Assembly: GCA_963668655.2 (NCBI GenBank)
Contig: CAXXPQ010000001.1
Location: 663,318 to 727,317, forward strand
Source of the DNA: Myxococcota bacterium
Lineage (GTDB): Bacteria > Myxococcota_A > SURF-8
Reading direction: 5' to 3'
Length of the DNA stretch: 64,000 nt
This document shows positions 28,091 to 36,881 of this stretch, piece by piece (position 1 is the stretch's first letter; each line of letters starts with the position of its first letter). A program made the position numbers and the translations under genes. The notes below the pieces were generated by a model. It was not told the origin of the DNA, ran no database searches, and saw only the letters and a program-made list of their open reading frames with translations.

Positions 28091-28678
28091 ATGAGCACCA
28101 ATCTCGTCGGAAACAAGGCCCCGGAATTTCAGTTGGAAGGCGTAATCAACGGCCAGTTCGAAAACTTCAAGCTGCCGCATACGGACGGTAAATGGACGCT
28201 GTTGCTGTTCTATCCGCTGGATTTCACCTTCGTCTGCCCCACGGAAATCATCGCTTTCAGCGATGCCGCCGATAAATTCAAGGAAATCGGTGTGCAGGTC
28301 TACGGTGTCAGCGTGGACAGCGCCTTCAGCCATCTGCACTGGACGCAGACGGCGCGCGCCGAAGGCGGCGTGGGCAAGTTGAATTTCCCGCTTCTGGCCG
28401 ACATCAACAAGGAAGTCACCGACCTCTTCGGGATCAACGCCGGGGGCGTGGCGCTTCGCGGACTGTTCCTCATCGACGAGGAAGGCATCGTGCAGCATGC
28501 CACCATCAACAATCTTTCGGTCGGTCGCAACGTGGAGGAAACCCTGCGTACGGTACAGGCTTTCCAGCACACCAAGAAAAGCGGCGAGGTCTGCCCGGCC
28601 AACTGGACGCCCGGCGCGGACACCATGAAGCCCGATCCCGACGGTCTGAAGAGCTATTCGAGCAAAACCTACAAGTAA
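28091..28678 (+). CDS. Typical 2-Cys peroxiredoxin (AhpC/Prx1 family)
   Basis: Peroxidatic Cys motif DFTFVCPTE and resolving Cys motif GEVCPANW. AGGAG lies 6 nt before the ATG at 28091. The ATG at 28085 is an alternative start. Confidence 0.9.
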   Translation: MSTNLVGNKAPEFQLEGVINGQFENFKLPHTDGKWTLLLFYPLDFTFVCPTEIIAFSDAADKFKEIGVQVYGVSVDSAFSHLHWTQTARAEGGVGKLNFPLLADINKEVTDLFGINAGGVALRGLFLIDEEGIVQHATINNLSVGRNVEETLRTVQAFQHTKKSGEVCPANWTPGADTMKPDPDGLKSYSSKTYK

Positions 28679-28738
28679 ATCCAGTCCATCGGCCCGAAAT
28701 TCCTTTTCCGGCCGACGCTTCCCTTTCAACATCAACCC

Positions 28739-28766
28739 CCGACCCTGCAAAGGGTCGGTTTTCTTT
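28739..28766 (+). terminator. Rho-independent terminator
   Basis: CCGACCCT-GCAA-AGGGTCGG followed by TTTTCTTT. Confidence 0.8.
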
Positions 28767-28887
28767 ACGGATGCATCATCCTTTTTCACACCCAAACCCA
28801 TCGCCTTCCGGAGGCGATTCAGGGACAGGGAAAACGGATTCGGATCGCCACGACGTTTATCACTCCTGAAAGATTATAATTATTCCC

Positions 28888-28916
28888 TTGACTTATGGCC
28901 AGGCAAGGATTACATT
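28888..28916 (+). promoter_or_regulatory. Putative sigma-70 promoter (TTGACT-N17-TACATT)
   Basis: Good -35 with a 17-nt spacer. It implies a ~140-nt 5' UTR for the DEAD-box helicase gene. Confidence 0.35.
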
Positions 28917-29062
28917 GCCATCAACCGCAGGCGATCCTCCAGCGAATCCGCGTGATTCCTCACGCTTCTGGGCCACGAATAAATCTCCCCAGACTATCAT
29001 CGATGCAGGCCGCGTTTGCCGTCTACCTTGGACGAATCAAGGCAACGAATAGGTATATTTCT

Positions 29063-30385
29063 ATGCAATTCGAAGAATTCCGTTTTTCCAACACCCTACT
29101 GAAGGCCATCCATCACCAGGGGTACGAAACCCCGACGAAAATCCAGGAGTTGGCCATCCCCCACGTATTGAAAGGAGAGGATGTCATGGGCTGCGCCCAG
29201 ACCGGAACCGGCAAGACGGCCGCTTTCGCGCTTCCGGTCCTCCACCGTCTCAACCATCCCGGCTCGCGACACGGGAAAAGGCGCATCCGTGTTCTGACGC
29301 TCGCTCCCACCCGGGAACTGGCCTCCCAGATCGGGCAGAGTTTCCAGGATTTCGGTCGGACTCTCGGATTCCATTCCACGGTGATCTTCGGAGGCGTCAG
29401 CCAGTATTCCCAGACCCAGGCGCTTCAGAGAGGCGTGGACATCCTGGCGGCCACTCCCGGTCGGCTGCTTGATCTGATGAACCAGGGCTATGTCGATCTC
29501 TCCCGCATCGAGGTGCTCGTTCTGGACGAGGCCGATCGCATGCTGGACATGGGCTTCATCCACGACATTCGCCGCGTCGTCGCGGAAATCCCCCGGGAAA
29601 GGCAAACCCTGCTCTTTTCCGCGACCCTGGATCCCGGAATCGTGAAACTGGCGAAAGGCATCCTGAACGAACCGGTGCGGGTGGATGTCACTCCGCCGGC
29701 GACCACGGTGGAACGCATCGATCAGTCCGTCTTTTTCGTCGAACGTTACGACAAAATCGGGCTGCTGACACACCTGCTGAAAGACGACGCCATGGCCCGC
29801 ACCCTGGTGTTCACGCGAACCAAGCACGGCGCGGATAAGGTCGTGCGCAAACTGGACCAGGCGTCCATCGGTGCAGTGGCCATTCACGGCAACAAGTCCC
29901 AGAACAAGCGGGAACAGGCCCTGGATGCGTTCAAACGCGGGAAGTTCCGGGTGCTGGTGGCCACGGATATCGCCTCCCGGGGGCTGGATATCGATCAGGT
30001 GACCCACGTGGTGAACTTCGATCTGCCCAACGAGCCGGAGGCGTATGTCCACCGCATCGGGCGCACCGGGCGCGCGGGCGCTTCGGGAATCGCGCTGTCT
30101 TTCTGCGGATCGGACGAACGCAATCTGCTTTCCGTCATCGAACGACTGATCGGACAGCGTTTGTACGTCGCCAAGAAACCGAAAATCCAGGAAACGGATA
30201 TTCGGAAAACCGATGGAATCCCGGAATATTCCGCCGCTACGCCGAGCGCCGGGCGGGGTTCCGATTCGAATCGGGCGAAGGAGGATTCTCCGCGCGTGTA
30301 CCGCAAACGAGGCCCGTCCCGGCGCTCCAACCGCTCCGGTTTCCGCCGTTCGCAGCGTAACGCATCCTGCGGAACAGCTCCGTAA
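29063..30385 (+). CDS. rhlE: ATP-dependent DEAD-box RNA helicase (RhlE-like)
   Basis: Q motif (F..TPTKIQ), [15 protein letters not shown] and [10 protein letters not shown]. Basic R/S-rich C-terminal tail. Confidence 0.9.
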   Translation: MQFEEFRFSNTLLKAIHHQGYETPTKIQELAIPHVLKGEDVMGCAQTGTGKTAAFALPVLHRLNHPGSRHGKRRIRVLTLAPTRELASQIGQSFQDFGRTLGFHSTVIFGGVSQYSQTQALQRGVDILAATPGRLLDLMNQGYVDLSRIEVLVLDEADRMLDMGFIHDIRRVVAEIPRERQTLLFSATLDPGIVKLAKGILNEPVRVDVTPPATTVERIDQSVFFVERYDKIGLLTHLLKDDAMARTLVFTRTKHGADKVVRKLDQASIGAVAIHGNKSQNKREQALDAFKRGKFRVLVATDIASRGLDIDQVTHVVNFDLPNEPEAYVHRIGRTGRAGASGIALSFCGSDERNLLSVIERLIGQRLYVAKKPKIQETDIRKTDGIPEYSAATPSAGRGSDSNRAKEDSPRVYRKRGPSRRSNRSGFRRSQRNASCGTAP

Positions 30386-30423
30386 ACCTCGCTTTGGCTC
30401 TTTTCTCTTCCGCTTCATCCAAA

Positions 30424-30449
30424 GCCTCCGCTCTCGCGGGGGCTTTTTT
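30424..30449 (+). terminator. Rho-independent terminator
   Basis: GCCTCCGC-TCTC-GCGGGGGC followed by TTTTTT. Confidence 0.75.
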
Positions 30450-30645
30450 CATTGAAGCCACTCCGCTGCAAAAGCCCGTTCGTCAGGTGAAATGGACGGG
30501 GAGGTCCGGGGTGTCAGGATGGCTTGACAATCAATGAAAGACGCTGAACGTCTGAATTCGCCCGCCACTCACTATCTTATTGAAATTATAGAAGTATTTT
30601 CTTGAAAAGGTGAATCGGCCAAGGCGGGCGTTTCGGCATGACTTT

Positions 30646-30654
30646 TGCTATAAT
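30646..30654 (+). promoter_or_regulatory. Extended -10 element (TGcTATAAT)
   Basis: A perfect TATAAT with an upstream TG lies ~70 nt before the ATG at 30724. The -35 is weak. Confidence 0.35.
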
Positions 30655-30723
30655 GTTCAACGTGGAAATTTGCGGCATTTTCGAAAAGCATTGCGAGACG
30701 GCAATCAAGCACGGAGAAATCCC

Positions 30724-33700
30724 ATGGCGAGTATTTCGACGGTCAAACGGTTTGGACTGCTTCTTCTGGTTCTGGCCGCCGGATCCTGTTCGGGACCGGC
30801 CAGTTACGATTCCCTGTTCGGGGACGATCTCTGTGTGAGCCAGGAGGATTGCGAGGACGGCAGAATCTGCGTGAACGGCTATTGCGTTCCGGATCCGGGC
30901 GGAGACTTCGATTTCTCCACCGACGGCGACGACCCGGACGGCGATGTTCCCACGGACGGGGACGACCCGGACGGGGATTCGGATTTCGATCCGGACATGA
31001 CGCCGTTTTCCTGCCAGGAACTGAGCGGAATGTGCGTGGGCGACGACAATTGTCCGGAAGGCATGCGCCCCCATTACGATCCGGCCGGATGCGCGGAGCC
31101 CAAACCCATGTGCTGCCTGCCGGAATCCGAAACGCTTTGCGAACTCTACGGCGGATATTGCGAGGGAGCCGAGGCTTCCGCCTGCTATCGCCCGGGTTAC
31201 GGCATGAACGCGCAGGATCCCATGGGATGCGATGAACAAGGGGGATTCTGCTGCCTGCCCACCACGGACTGCGTTCCGGATGGCGAGGTCGGCACGTTCA
31301 ATCAGGATGTCTGCTGTCCCGGGCTGATTCAGATCGGGGCCGTTTTCCTGGCCGATGAAAACGATATTCATTCCAATTGCATCGATGCGCCCTGCGACTG
31401 CTTTGTCTGCTCCCGCTGCGGAAACGGCGTCTGCGGAGCCGGGGAGAGTCATTGCAATTGCGAGGCCGATTGCCCGCCGCCTCAGACGTACTGCACCACC
31501 GACGCCGATTGCGGCGAGAGCTATTGCGAGGAAACGGTCAACGGCCAGTGCCTCCAGTACGATCCTTCCTGCGAACAAGGCGCCTGCCATCCGAATATGG
31601 GATCCCACGAATCCTCGCTCTGCCTGGTGGATACCTGCGCGCCTTTCGCCTGCCAGATGGGCGACCTGATCTATCACGATTGCTGGGACGGCTCCCAGGT
31701 GGTGGTCTGCGAATGCCTGGGCGGCGGCGGCTGGAAGTGCGAGGAAGACCCGGACAGTCTCTGCCCGGAGGAGCCGGAGTGCGGCGTCGGCCAGGAAATC
31801 CCCTTCCAGTGCCCCACCGGGGAATGGGTGACCGACTGCGTGTGCGAGGGCGGTGAATGCAAACCCTTCTGCGACAACATCGGCACGCGCCAGGAAGGCT
31901 GGTACGATTCCTGCGGCGGCGGCCTGCTGAGTTACGCCCTCTGCGGGGTCTGCCAGGCCCAGTGCCGCCGGATGGGCAGCGCGGAGGAAGGCTGGTACGA
32001 CGCCTGCACCGGCCAGGCGCTCCGCATGGATGCCTGCACTCCCCATTGGGAATGCGCGGACAATCCCCTGAGCCAGTGTCGCACCGATCCCACCCAGTGC
32101 GAGAATCTGGGCGGTTACTGCGCGGCCGAGGGCGAGATCTGTCCGCCCACCTGGGCCGGAAGCACGGACGCCCTGCTCGGCTGTCCGTTCGCCTGCTGCC
32201 TGCCCAACGTGGACAACGACTGCGAGCGCAACGAGGGCTTCTGTTCCGACGCGTCCACCGGATGTCCCCTGGGCTCCAAAGCGGTGGAGATGGATTGCTC
32301 CGGCTCCCGGACGTGCTGCATCGCGGAATTTCCCTTCTGCAACGAGGCCGGTGGAAGTTGTTTCGATCCCGAATACGCCTGCCCTCCGGGCTGGTTTCCC
32401 GCCTCCGGCGTTCCTTTCGTCTGCGCCGATGGAGGTTTCTGCTGCTTCCCCGAAGAGACCAATCCCTGCACCGACGCCGGGGGCGTCTGCTCTTATGCCA
32501 ACCAGGGCTGCCCGGTGGGTCATGAAATCTCGTCTCTGAACTGTGGTGACGACGATTCGATCTGCTGCATGCCCTCCGGGGAGAACGAATGCGAACGATG
32601 GGGCGGCTATTGCGAAAGCTACGCCAACCCCTGCGCATGGGGCTTTACGGACATCTCCTATCCGGCCGGGTGCCTGGGCTCGGAACGCTGCTGCATTCCC
32701 GAAGGTCCGAACTGTTACGACGACAGCGATTGCGGCGAGTCTTCCTGTTACGAGTACGGCTGGGTGGACGCCGAGGATCCTGCCGAACCCTGGCCGACCA
32801 CCTGTGTCGAAACCTATCCCTACTGCGAAGACGGCTATTGCGGATCGTATGAGGAAATTCACGAAAGTTCCTCGTGCATCGACGGCCGATGCCTTCCCTA
32901 CCCCGCGTACTGTTCCGATATCGGCGGGGCTTGTTACTGGCAATGTCCGGATGGCACCGTTCCCGTCTACGAAGACTCTTTCCAGGATTGCGGACAGCGA
33001 TATTGCTGCGTGCCCATGGAGGCGAGCTGTGAAGAGGCGGGCGGCTTCTGCATCGGCTGGGGACCGCAATGCCCGTCCGACACTTACGTGGATTGGGAGC
33101 ATCCCTGCGAATACGGCCAGTGCTGCATGCCGTACGAGGAACCGGAGTGTTACGTCGATTCCGATTGCGGACGGCAGGAGTGTTATACGTACGACAGCGA
33201 TTACGGCGCCTGTACGGAAGCCATTCCATACTGCGAAGGGGGCCGCTGCGCCTATTATGAAATCTATTTCGACAACGCCGCGTGCGGCCCGGACGGGCAG
33301 TGCTATGAGATCGGCGCGGATTGCCAGGACGCCGGCGGCACCTGTTTCCTGGGCCTTGCCTCCTGTCCCCAGGGGTACGAATCGCGTCCCGGAGAATGGG
33401 AATGCAACTATAACGCCATCTGCTGCTTCGAAGAAAACACGGTATACGACTGCGACCGCATCGGCGGTTTCTGCTCCGGATACGGGCAGGGCTGTCCTCC
33501 GTATACGGAGTACGAGCCGAACGGCGCGTGTCCGGTGGGCGAAGGATCCTGCTGCCGGGAGGTGGCTCCGAATTACTGCGAGGACATGGGCGGTTTCTGC
33601 TCCGGATACAATCAGCCCTGCCCTCCGGGAACCCAGGTGGAATACGATTACTGGTGCGCCGACGGCGGCGGCAACTGCTGCGTCCCGATGGAGGAAAACA

Positions 33701-34698
33701 TCTGCGAGATGGAAGGCGGCGTCTGCTTCGACAACAATTATTGCCCGGACGATATGGAGCCGGTGTACCTGCCGTGCGGGGATACGGACGGCCTTTGCTG
33801 CATTCCCCGGGAAGTCAACGAATGCGAAGACATGGGCGGGTTCTGCCGTTCCTATAACTATGCCTGCCCCAGCGGGTACGAAGACGCGCCCTACGGCGGG
33901 TGCAACGAAGGCTACGCCCGTTGTTGCGCCCCGGCGGAAACCGTCGAATGCGAGGAACAGGGCGGCTACTGCTCCCGGCCCACCAACGGCTGTCGCGACG
34001 GCTACCAGCCGATGAACGACTCCATGGGATGTGAGTATCCCAATCGGCTCTGCTGTCTGAGGGGAGGAAATTTCTGCAGTTCCGACCGGGATTGCGGCGA
34101 ATCGAAATGCGACATGGACGCCGACGGCGGCTGTGTTCAGTATTATCCGTATTGCGGAGAGGACGGCATTTGTCGCGAGGAGACGGAAACCATGTACCCG
34201 GCTTTCTGCGACGGCGAATGGTGCGTGCCGGGCGAATGCATGCCGGGCGACGAACAATGGCACCATTGTCCCGACGGCCTATCTTTCCCCTGGTGCTGGT
34301 GCACGGAGCAGGGAACCTGGGATTGCATGACGGACGATCCGGACGAAATGTGCGGACCCGTGGAGGTTAATTGCGAGGATGACCTGAACGGCTACTGCGG
34401 AAGCTGGGGGTCGGACTGCCTGGAAGGTTTCGTGGAAGAACCCGACGCTGTTTGCGACGGATTCTGCATCGGCGGATGCAAGTGCTGCGCTCCGGATCCG
34501 AACCTGATCTGCACGCAACTGGGCGGCTATTGCAACATGAGTTTCGGCGGCTGCGACAACGGGTACATCGAAGCGCCGTTCAACGCCGGATGTCCGAACA
34601 TTTTCGGCTTCCAGATCGATTGCTGCGTCCCGGGACTCTTCCCTATGTCCGAAAACCCCGACTCCGTTCCGACCCTGATGAGCGGCGAGACGGAATGA
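30724..34698 (+). CDS. Giant cysteine-rich modular lipoprotein (1324 aa, acidic)
   Basis: Signal peptide with lipobox (LLVLAAGSC). Internal ATG at 30724. Modular Cys repeats run throughout. A bidirectional terminator lies downstream. Confidence 0.85.
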   Translation: MASISTVKRFGLLLLVLAAGSCSGPASYDSLFGDDLCVSQEDCEDGRICVNGYCVPDPGGDFDFSTDGDDPDGDVPTDGDDPDGDSDFDPDMTPFSCQELSGMCVGDDNCPEGMRPHYDPAGCAEPKPMCCLPESETLCELYGGYCEGAEASACYRPGYGMNAQDPMGCDEQGGFCCLPTTDCVPDGEVGTFNQDVCCPGLIQIGAVFLADENDIHSNCIDAPCDCFVCSRCGNGVCGAGESHCNCEADCPPPQTYCTTDADCGESYCEETVNGQCLQYDPSCEQGACHPNMGSHESSLCLVDTCAPFACQMGDLIYHDCWDGSQVVVCECLGGGGWKCEEDPDSLCPEEPECGVGQEIPFQCPTGEWVTDCVCEGGECKPFCDNIGTRQEGWYDSCGGGLLSYALCGVCQAQCRRMGSAEEGWYDACTGQALRMDACTPHWECADNPLSQCRTDPTQCENLGGYCAAEGEICPPTWAGSTDALLGCPFACCLPNVDNDCERNEGFCSDASTGCPLGSKAVEMDCSGSRTCCIAEFPFCNEAGGSCFDPEYACPPGWFPASGVPFVCADGGFCCFPEETNPCTDAGGVCSYANQGCPVGHEISSLNCGDDDSICCMPSGENECERWGGYCESYANPCAWGFTDISYPAGCLGSERCCIPEGPNCYDDSDCGESSCYEYGWVDAEDPAEPWPTTCVETYPYCEDGYCGSYEEIHESSSCIDGRCLPYPAYCSDIGGACYWQCPDGTVPVYEDSFQDCGQRYCCVPMEASCEEAGGFCIGWGPQCPSDTYVDWEHPCEYGQCCMPYEEPECYVDSDCGRQECYTYDSDYGACTEAIPYCEGGRCAYYEIYFDNAACGPDGQCYEIGADCQDAGGTCFLGLASCPQGYESRPGEWECNYNAICCFEENTVYDCDRIGGFCSGYGQGCPPYTEYEPNGACPVGEGSCCREVAPNYCEDMGGFCSGYNQPCPPGTQVEYDYWCADGGGNCCVPMEENICEMEGGVCFDNNYCPDDMEPVYLPCGDTDGLCCIPREVNECEDMGGFCRSYNYACPSGYEDAPYGGCNEGYARCCAPAETVECEEQGGYCSRPTNGCRDGYQPMNDSMGCEYPNRLCCLRGGNFCSSDRDCGESKCDMDADGGCVQYYPYCGEDGICREETETMYPAFCDGEWCVPGECMPGDEQWHHCPDGLSFPWCWCTEQGTWDCMTDDPDEMCGPVEVNCEDDLNGYCGSWGSDCLEGFVEEPDAVCDGFCIGGCKCCAPDPNLICTQLGGYCNMSFGGCDNGYIEAPFNAGCPNIFGFQIDCCVPGLFPMSENPDSVPTLMSGETE
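31012..34632 (+). repeat. 17 copies of a ~36-40-aa 6-Cys module (C-[ED]-x2-G-G-[FY]-C-x3-6-C-P-x9-13-C-x3-6-C-C-[LIVM]-P)
   Basis: Read directly from the translation. Examples are CENLGGYCAAEGEICPPTWAGSTDALLGCPFACCLP and CEDMGGFCSGYNQPCPPGTQVEYDYWCADGGGNCCVP. There are 17 CC dipeptides in this context. Confidence 0.9.
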
Positions 34699-34762
34699 TG
34701 AACGCAAGAAAACGCCGATGACCGGCGAGGGCGTCTCCGGCCGGTCCTAACCGCCACAAAAA

Positions 34763-34803
34763 ACGGGGCGTTCCCATCTGGGAGCGCCCCGTTCGCGTTT
34801 TTC
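34763..34803. terminator. Bidirectional terminator between convergent genes
   Basis: AAAAAACGGGGCG-(14-nt loop)-CGCCCCGTTCGCGTTTTT: an A-run upstream and a T-run downstream of an 8-bp GC stem. Confidence 0.7.
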
Positions 34804-34842
34804 ATTCAGCTACGAAGCTTCGTCGGATGGATGTCCTCCGTC

Positions 34843-36336
34843 CTACCGGCGTTCTTCCGGAGCGTCCGGGTTCGGGAACTCCGCCGGTTCGCAGGCGGAG
34901 GCGTTTTCCATCCCCAGAAGATCTCCCAGGGAGAAGCATTTATACGGCTGCGCCGGAATGGGCACCGTTCCCGCCGCCACCCAGAACAGGAGTTTCGCCG
35001 GGTCGAACAGAACCATGTGCATGGGACCGTTGGTCCCGATTCCGGCGTTGTTGTCCACGTTGGCCTCGTTCCAGGGGGCGGAGACGCCCGTGCGCGGGTT
35101 CACCCGGTCGCGCATCACCGCGATGACCTTGGCCGGATCCAAATCTCCGTAGAGAGAGTCCTGTCCGTTCGGCGGGATCAGTTGCGAAAGCCGTTCCCAG
35201 CGCATCAGGCTGGAATCCGGATAATCCTGGCTCTGCGGCAGATCGTAATCCACCATGCCGGGATCTTCGAAGTGGTTGCTGGTGAAGACGTAGCCGTCCG
35301 TGAGCGTGCGTTCCGCCATGTGCTTGCCGGTCATTTCGAACACCGAGCCCTCCCCGGTCTCGCCGTCGGCGAACACCAGCATTTCCGAAGACATGTGCGG
35401 CTCGCCCGCCAGGAAAGCGCGCACGTCGGCCATGCTTTCGGCCGAGGCGATGATCTCGCCCAGCATCTGTGCGTGGCTGCGGCCCGTCTCGTTCTTTTCC
35501 GTGTCGTCCACCGGATCCGCCTCATGGCTGACGCCCGTGATGCCCGCCGCATTCATGCTGGTGTAAGGACTCAGATTCAGAGGGAAACCCACATACACAT
35601 GGGGCACGCCGCCCGAAGGCTGGCGCACGAAAATCACCGGGTTGGCGTGAATGATGCTGATATCCATGCCGCTCCAGTCCAGGTTGCGGGCGTGATAGAG
35701 CCGCCCGTCCGCCGTGGCGTCGCCGGAGACGATCAGGCTGGTGCAGCCCGGGCCATCGACCTCACGCCGCTTGAAGGAGGGAATGTTCTCCAGCATCACG
35801 TCGCCGAAGTTGAGGATCAGGCAATAGGTCATGGTCAACCCGGTGCCCTCGGCGGCGTCCACCAGCCCCTGGCATTCCTGCAAAAGACTCGGATAGCTGT
35901 TGGCCTCCGCCATTTCCACCAGGCCCAGGCCCTCCGCCAGGCTGGCCAGCATACGCAGTTGATTGTCCGCCTCCACGAACTCGATGGCTTCCTTGATGGT
36001 ATCGTACAGCAGTTCTCCCTGCTGATATCCCATTTCGTACGGCGTGCCGTGCAGCCAGACCACCGTAAAGCCGTTCATTTTCTCCGTGTGCGCCTCGATG
36101 TAATCCGCTTCCTCTTCCGCGTCGCCGTCCGTTTCTGCATCGCCATCGATCGCTTCCATGTCGCCGTCCATTTCGCCGTCGCCATCCGGAACCTCGGTAT
36201 CGCCGTCGGGAGATTCCGTGTCGCCGTCCACGTCCTCGTTTCCATCGTCATCGCTGCAAGCAGGCAAAAACGCCAGCGTAAGAAGCAGCAGCAGTACGCC
36301 CACGAGTTTCCAGAATGCCGGTTTGCCTGTCTTCAT
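34843..36336 (-). CDS. Peptidase C45 / Ntn-hydrolase (acyl-CoA:6-APA acyltransferase-like) lipoprotein with polyacidic tether
   Basis: Start at MKTGKP (36336). Lipobox AFLPAC. DGD/DGE spacer. Putative autoprocessing and nucleophile site GPGCTSLIVSG..RLYHARNLDW. Confidence 0.7.
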   Translation of the reverse strand: MKTGKPAFWKLVGVLLLLLTLAFLPACSDDDGNEDVDGDTESPDGDTEVPDGDGEMDGDMEAIDGDAETDGDAEEEADYIEAHTEKMNGFTVVWLHGTPYEMGYQQGELLYDTIKEAIEFVEADNQLRMLASLAEGLGLVEMAEANSYPSLLQECQGLVDAAEGTGLTMTYCLILNFGDVMLENIPSFKRREVDGPGCTSLIVSGDATADGRLYHARNLDWSGMDISIIHANPVIFVRQPSGGVPHVYVGFPLNLSPYTSMNAAGITGVSHEADPVDDTEKNETGRSHAQMLGEIIASAESMADVRAFLAGEPHMSSEMLVFADGETGEGSVFEMTGKHMAERTLTDGYVFTSNHFEDPGMVDYDLPQSQDYPDSSLMRWERLSQLIPPNGQDSLYGDLDPAKVIAVMRDRVNPRTGVSAPWNEANVDNNAGIGTNGPMHMVLFDPAKLLFWVAAGTVPIPAQPYKCFSLGDLLGMENASACEPAEFPNPDAPEERR

Positions 36337-36484
36337 GTTTTTTTCCTGCCTTCGTTGATGTGCCGTTTTCGAAATGAAATCTCTTCGCACCCATCATTAT
36401 GGCCAAACCGCGTGGTTCGTCAAGGTTCCCCCTCGTCTTCCGGATTTTTTCCATCGCATTCGCCCCGGAGAAACCATGTGTGCT

Positions 36485-36826
36485 CGGTCTGGCATGGATT
36501 TTTGCAAGCGGCACGCCTTTTGCTCCGGCATGGGGATTGCGTTCCGGTTTGTTGAATGAAATTAGCGGTTTGCAATCTTCATGCCGGTTGCAAAAGGCGT
36601 GCCGCGCCGGTTTTGCGGGAAACAACCTTGCCGCCTTCGGTATGGGTGCGGCCGAACAGACGCCGCGTTTTCGCCGGAACGGCGAAAACGCCCCCGAAAC
36701 CGTCTGTTTCGGGGGCGCGGGAACCCGCTTCGCGGATTCCCGCGCGGCGTTCGAATCTCGATCCGCTGGGAAGATTTGCGTTTTTGGGTTTCCTGCAAAA
36801 CCTCCGCAAAAACCATGCCAGACCGG
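36485..36826. repeat. Nested-palindromic intergenic element, copy A (TIRs plus sigma-54-box-like units plus triple hairpin core)
   Basis: TIR at 36485-36505 versus 36806-36825. About 88% identity over ~120 bp to 50029-50150. Hairpins at 36665-36691, 36692-36714 and 36715-36745. Confidence 0.85.
36571..36604 (-). promoter_or_regulatory. Two tandem sigma-54 -24/-12-like boxes facing the C45 lipoprotein gene
   Basis: Minus strand reads CGGCACGCCTTTTGCA then CCGGCATGAAGATTGCA. Both have GG-N10-GC with TTGC, ~225 nt upstream of the ATG at 36336. Confidence 0.3.
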
Positions 36827-36881
36827 AGGGGGTTGCATATGTTCGGGAGGGGCGGGGGGAAAGATCGCCCGTGGTTTTTTG

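Noticed and set aside
26252-28801. 849-aa minus-strand ORF spanning the lipase gene, an intergenic region and the peroxiredoxin gene
   Set aside because: It crosses two well-supported plus-strand genes and their terminator region. Its composition is that of a shadow ORF.
30586-34266. 1226-aa minus-strand ORF opposite the Cys-rich lipoprotein gene
   Set aside because: It is an A/G/R/V-rich shadow ORF with no signal peptide, motifs or RBS. The plus-strand frame has a lipobox, regular Cys modules and flanking promoter and terminator signals.
36740-36765. tRNA-like T-arm string (GGCGTTCGAATCTCG) inside element copy A
   Set aside because: The flanks do not pair into a T-stem, and no acceptor, anticodon or D arms can be drawn. 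It is part of the hairpin-rich repeat core.
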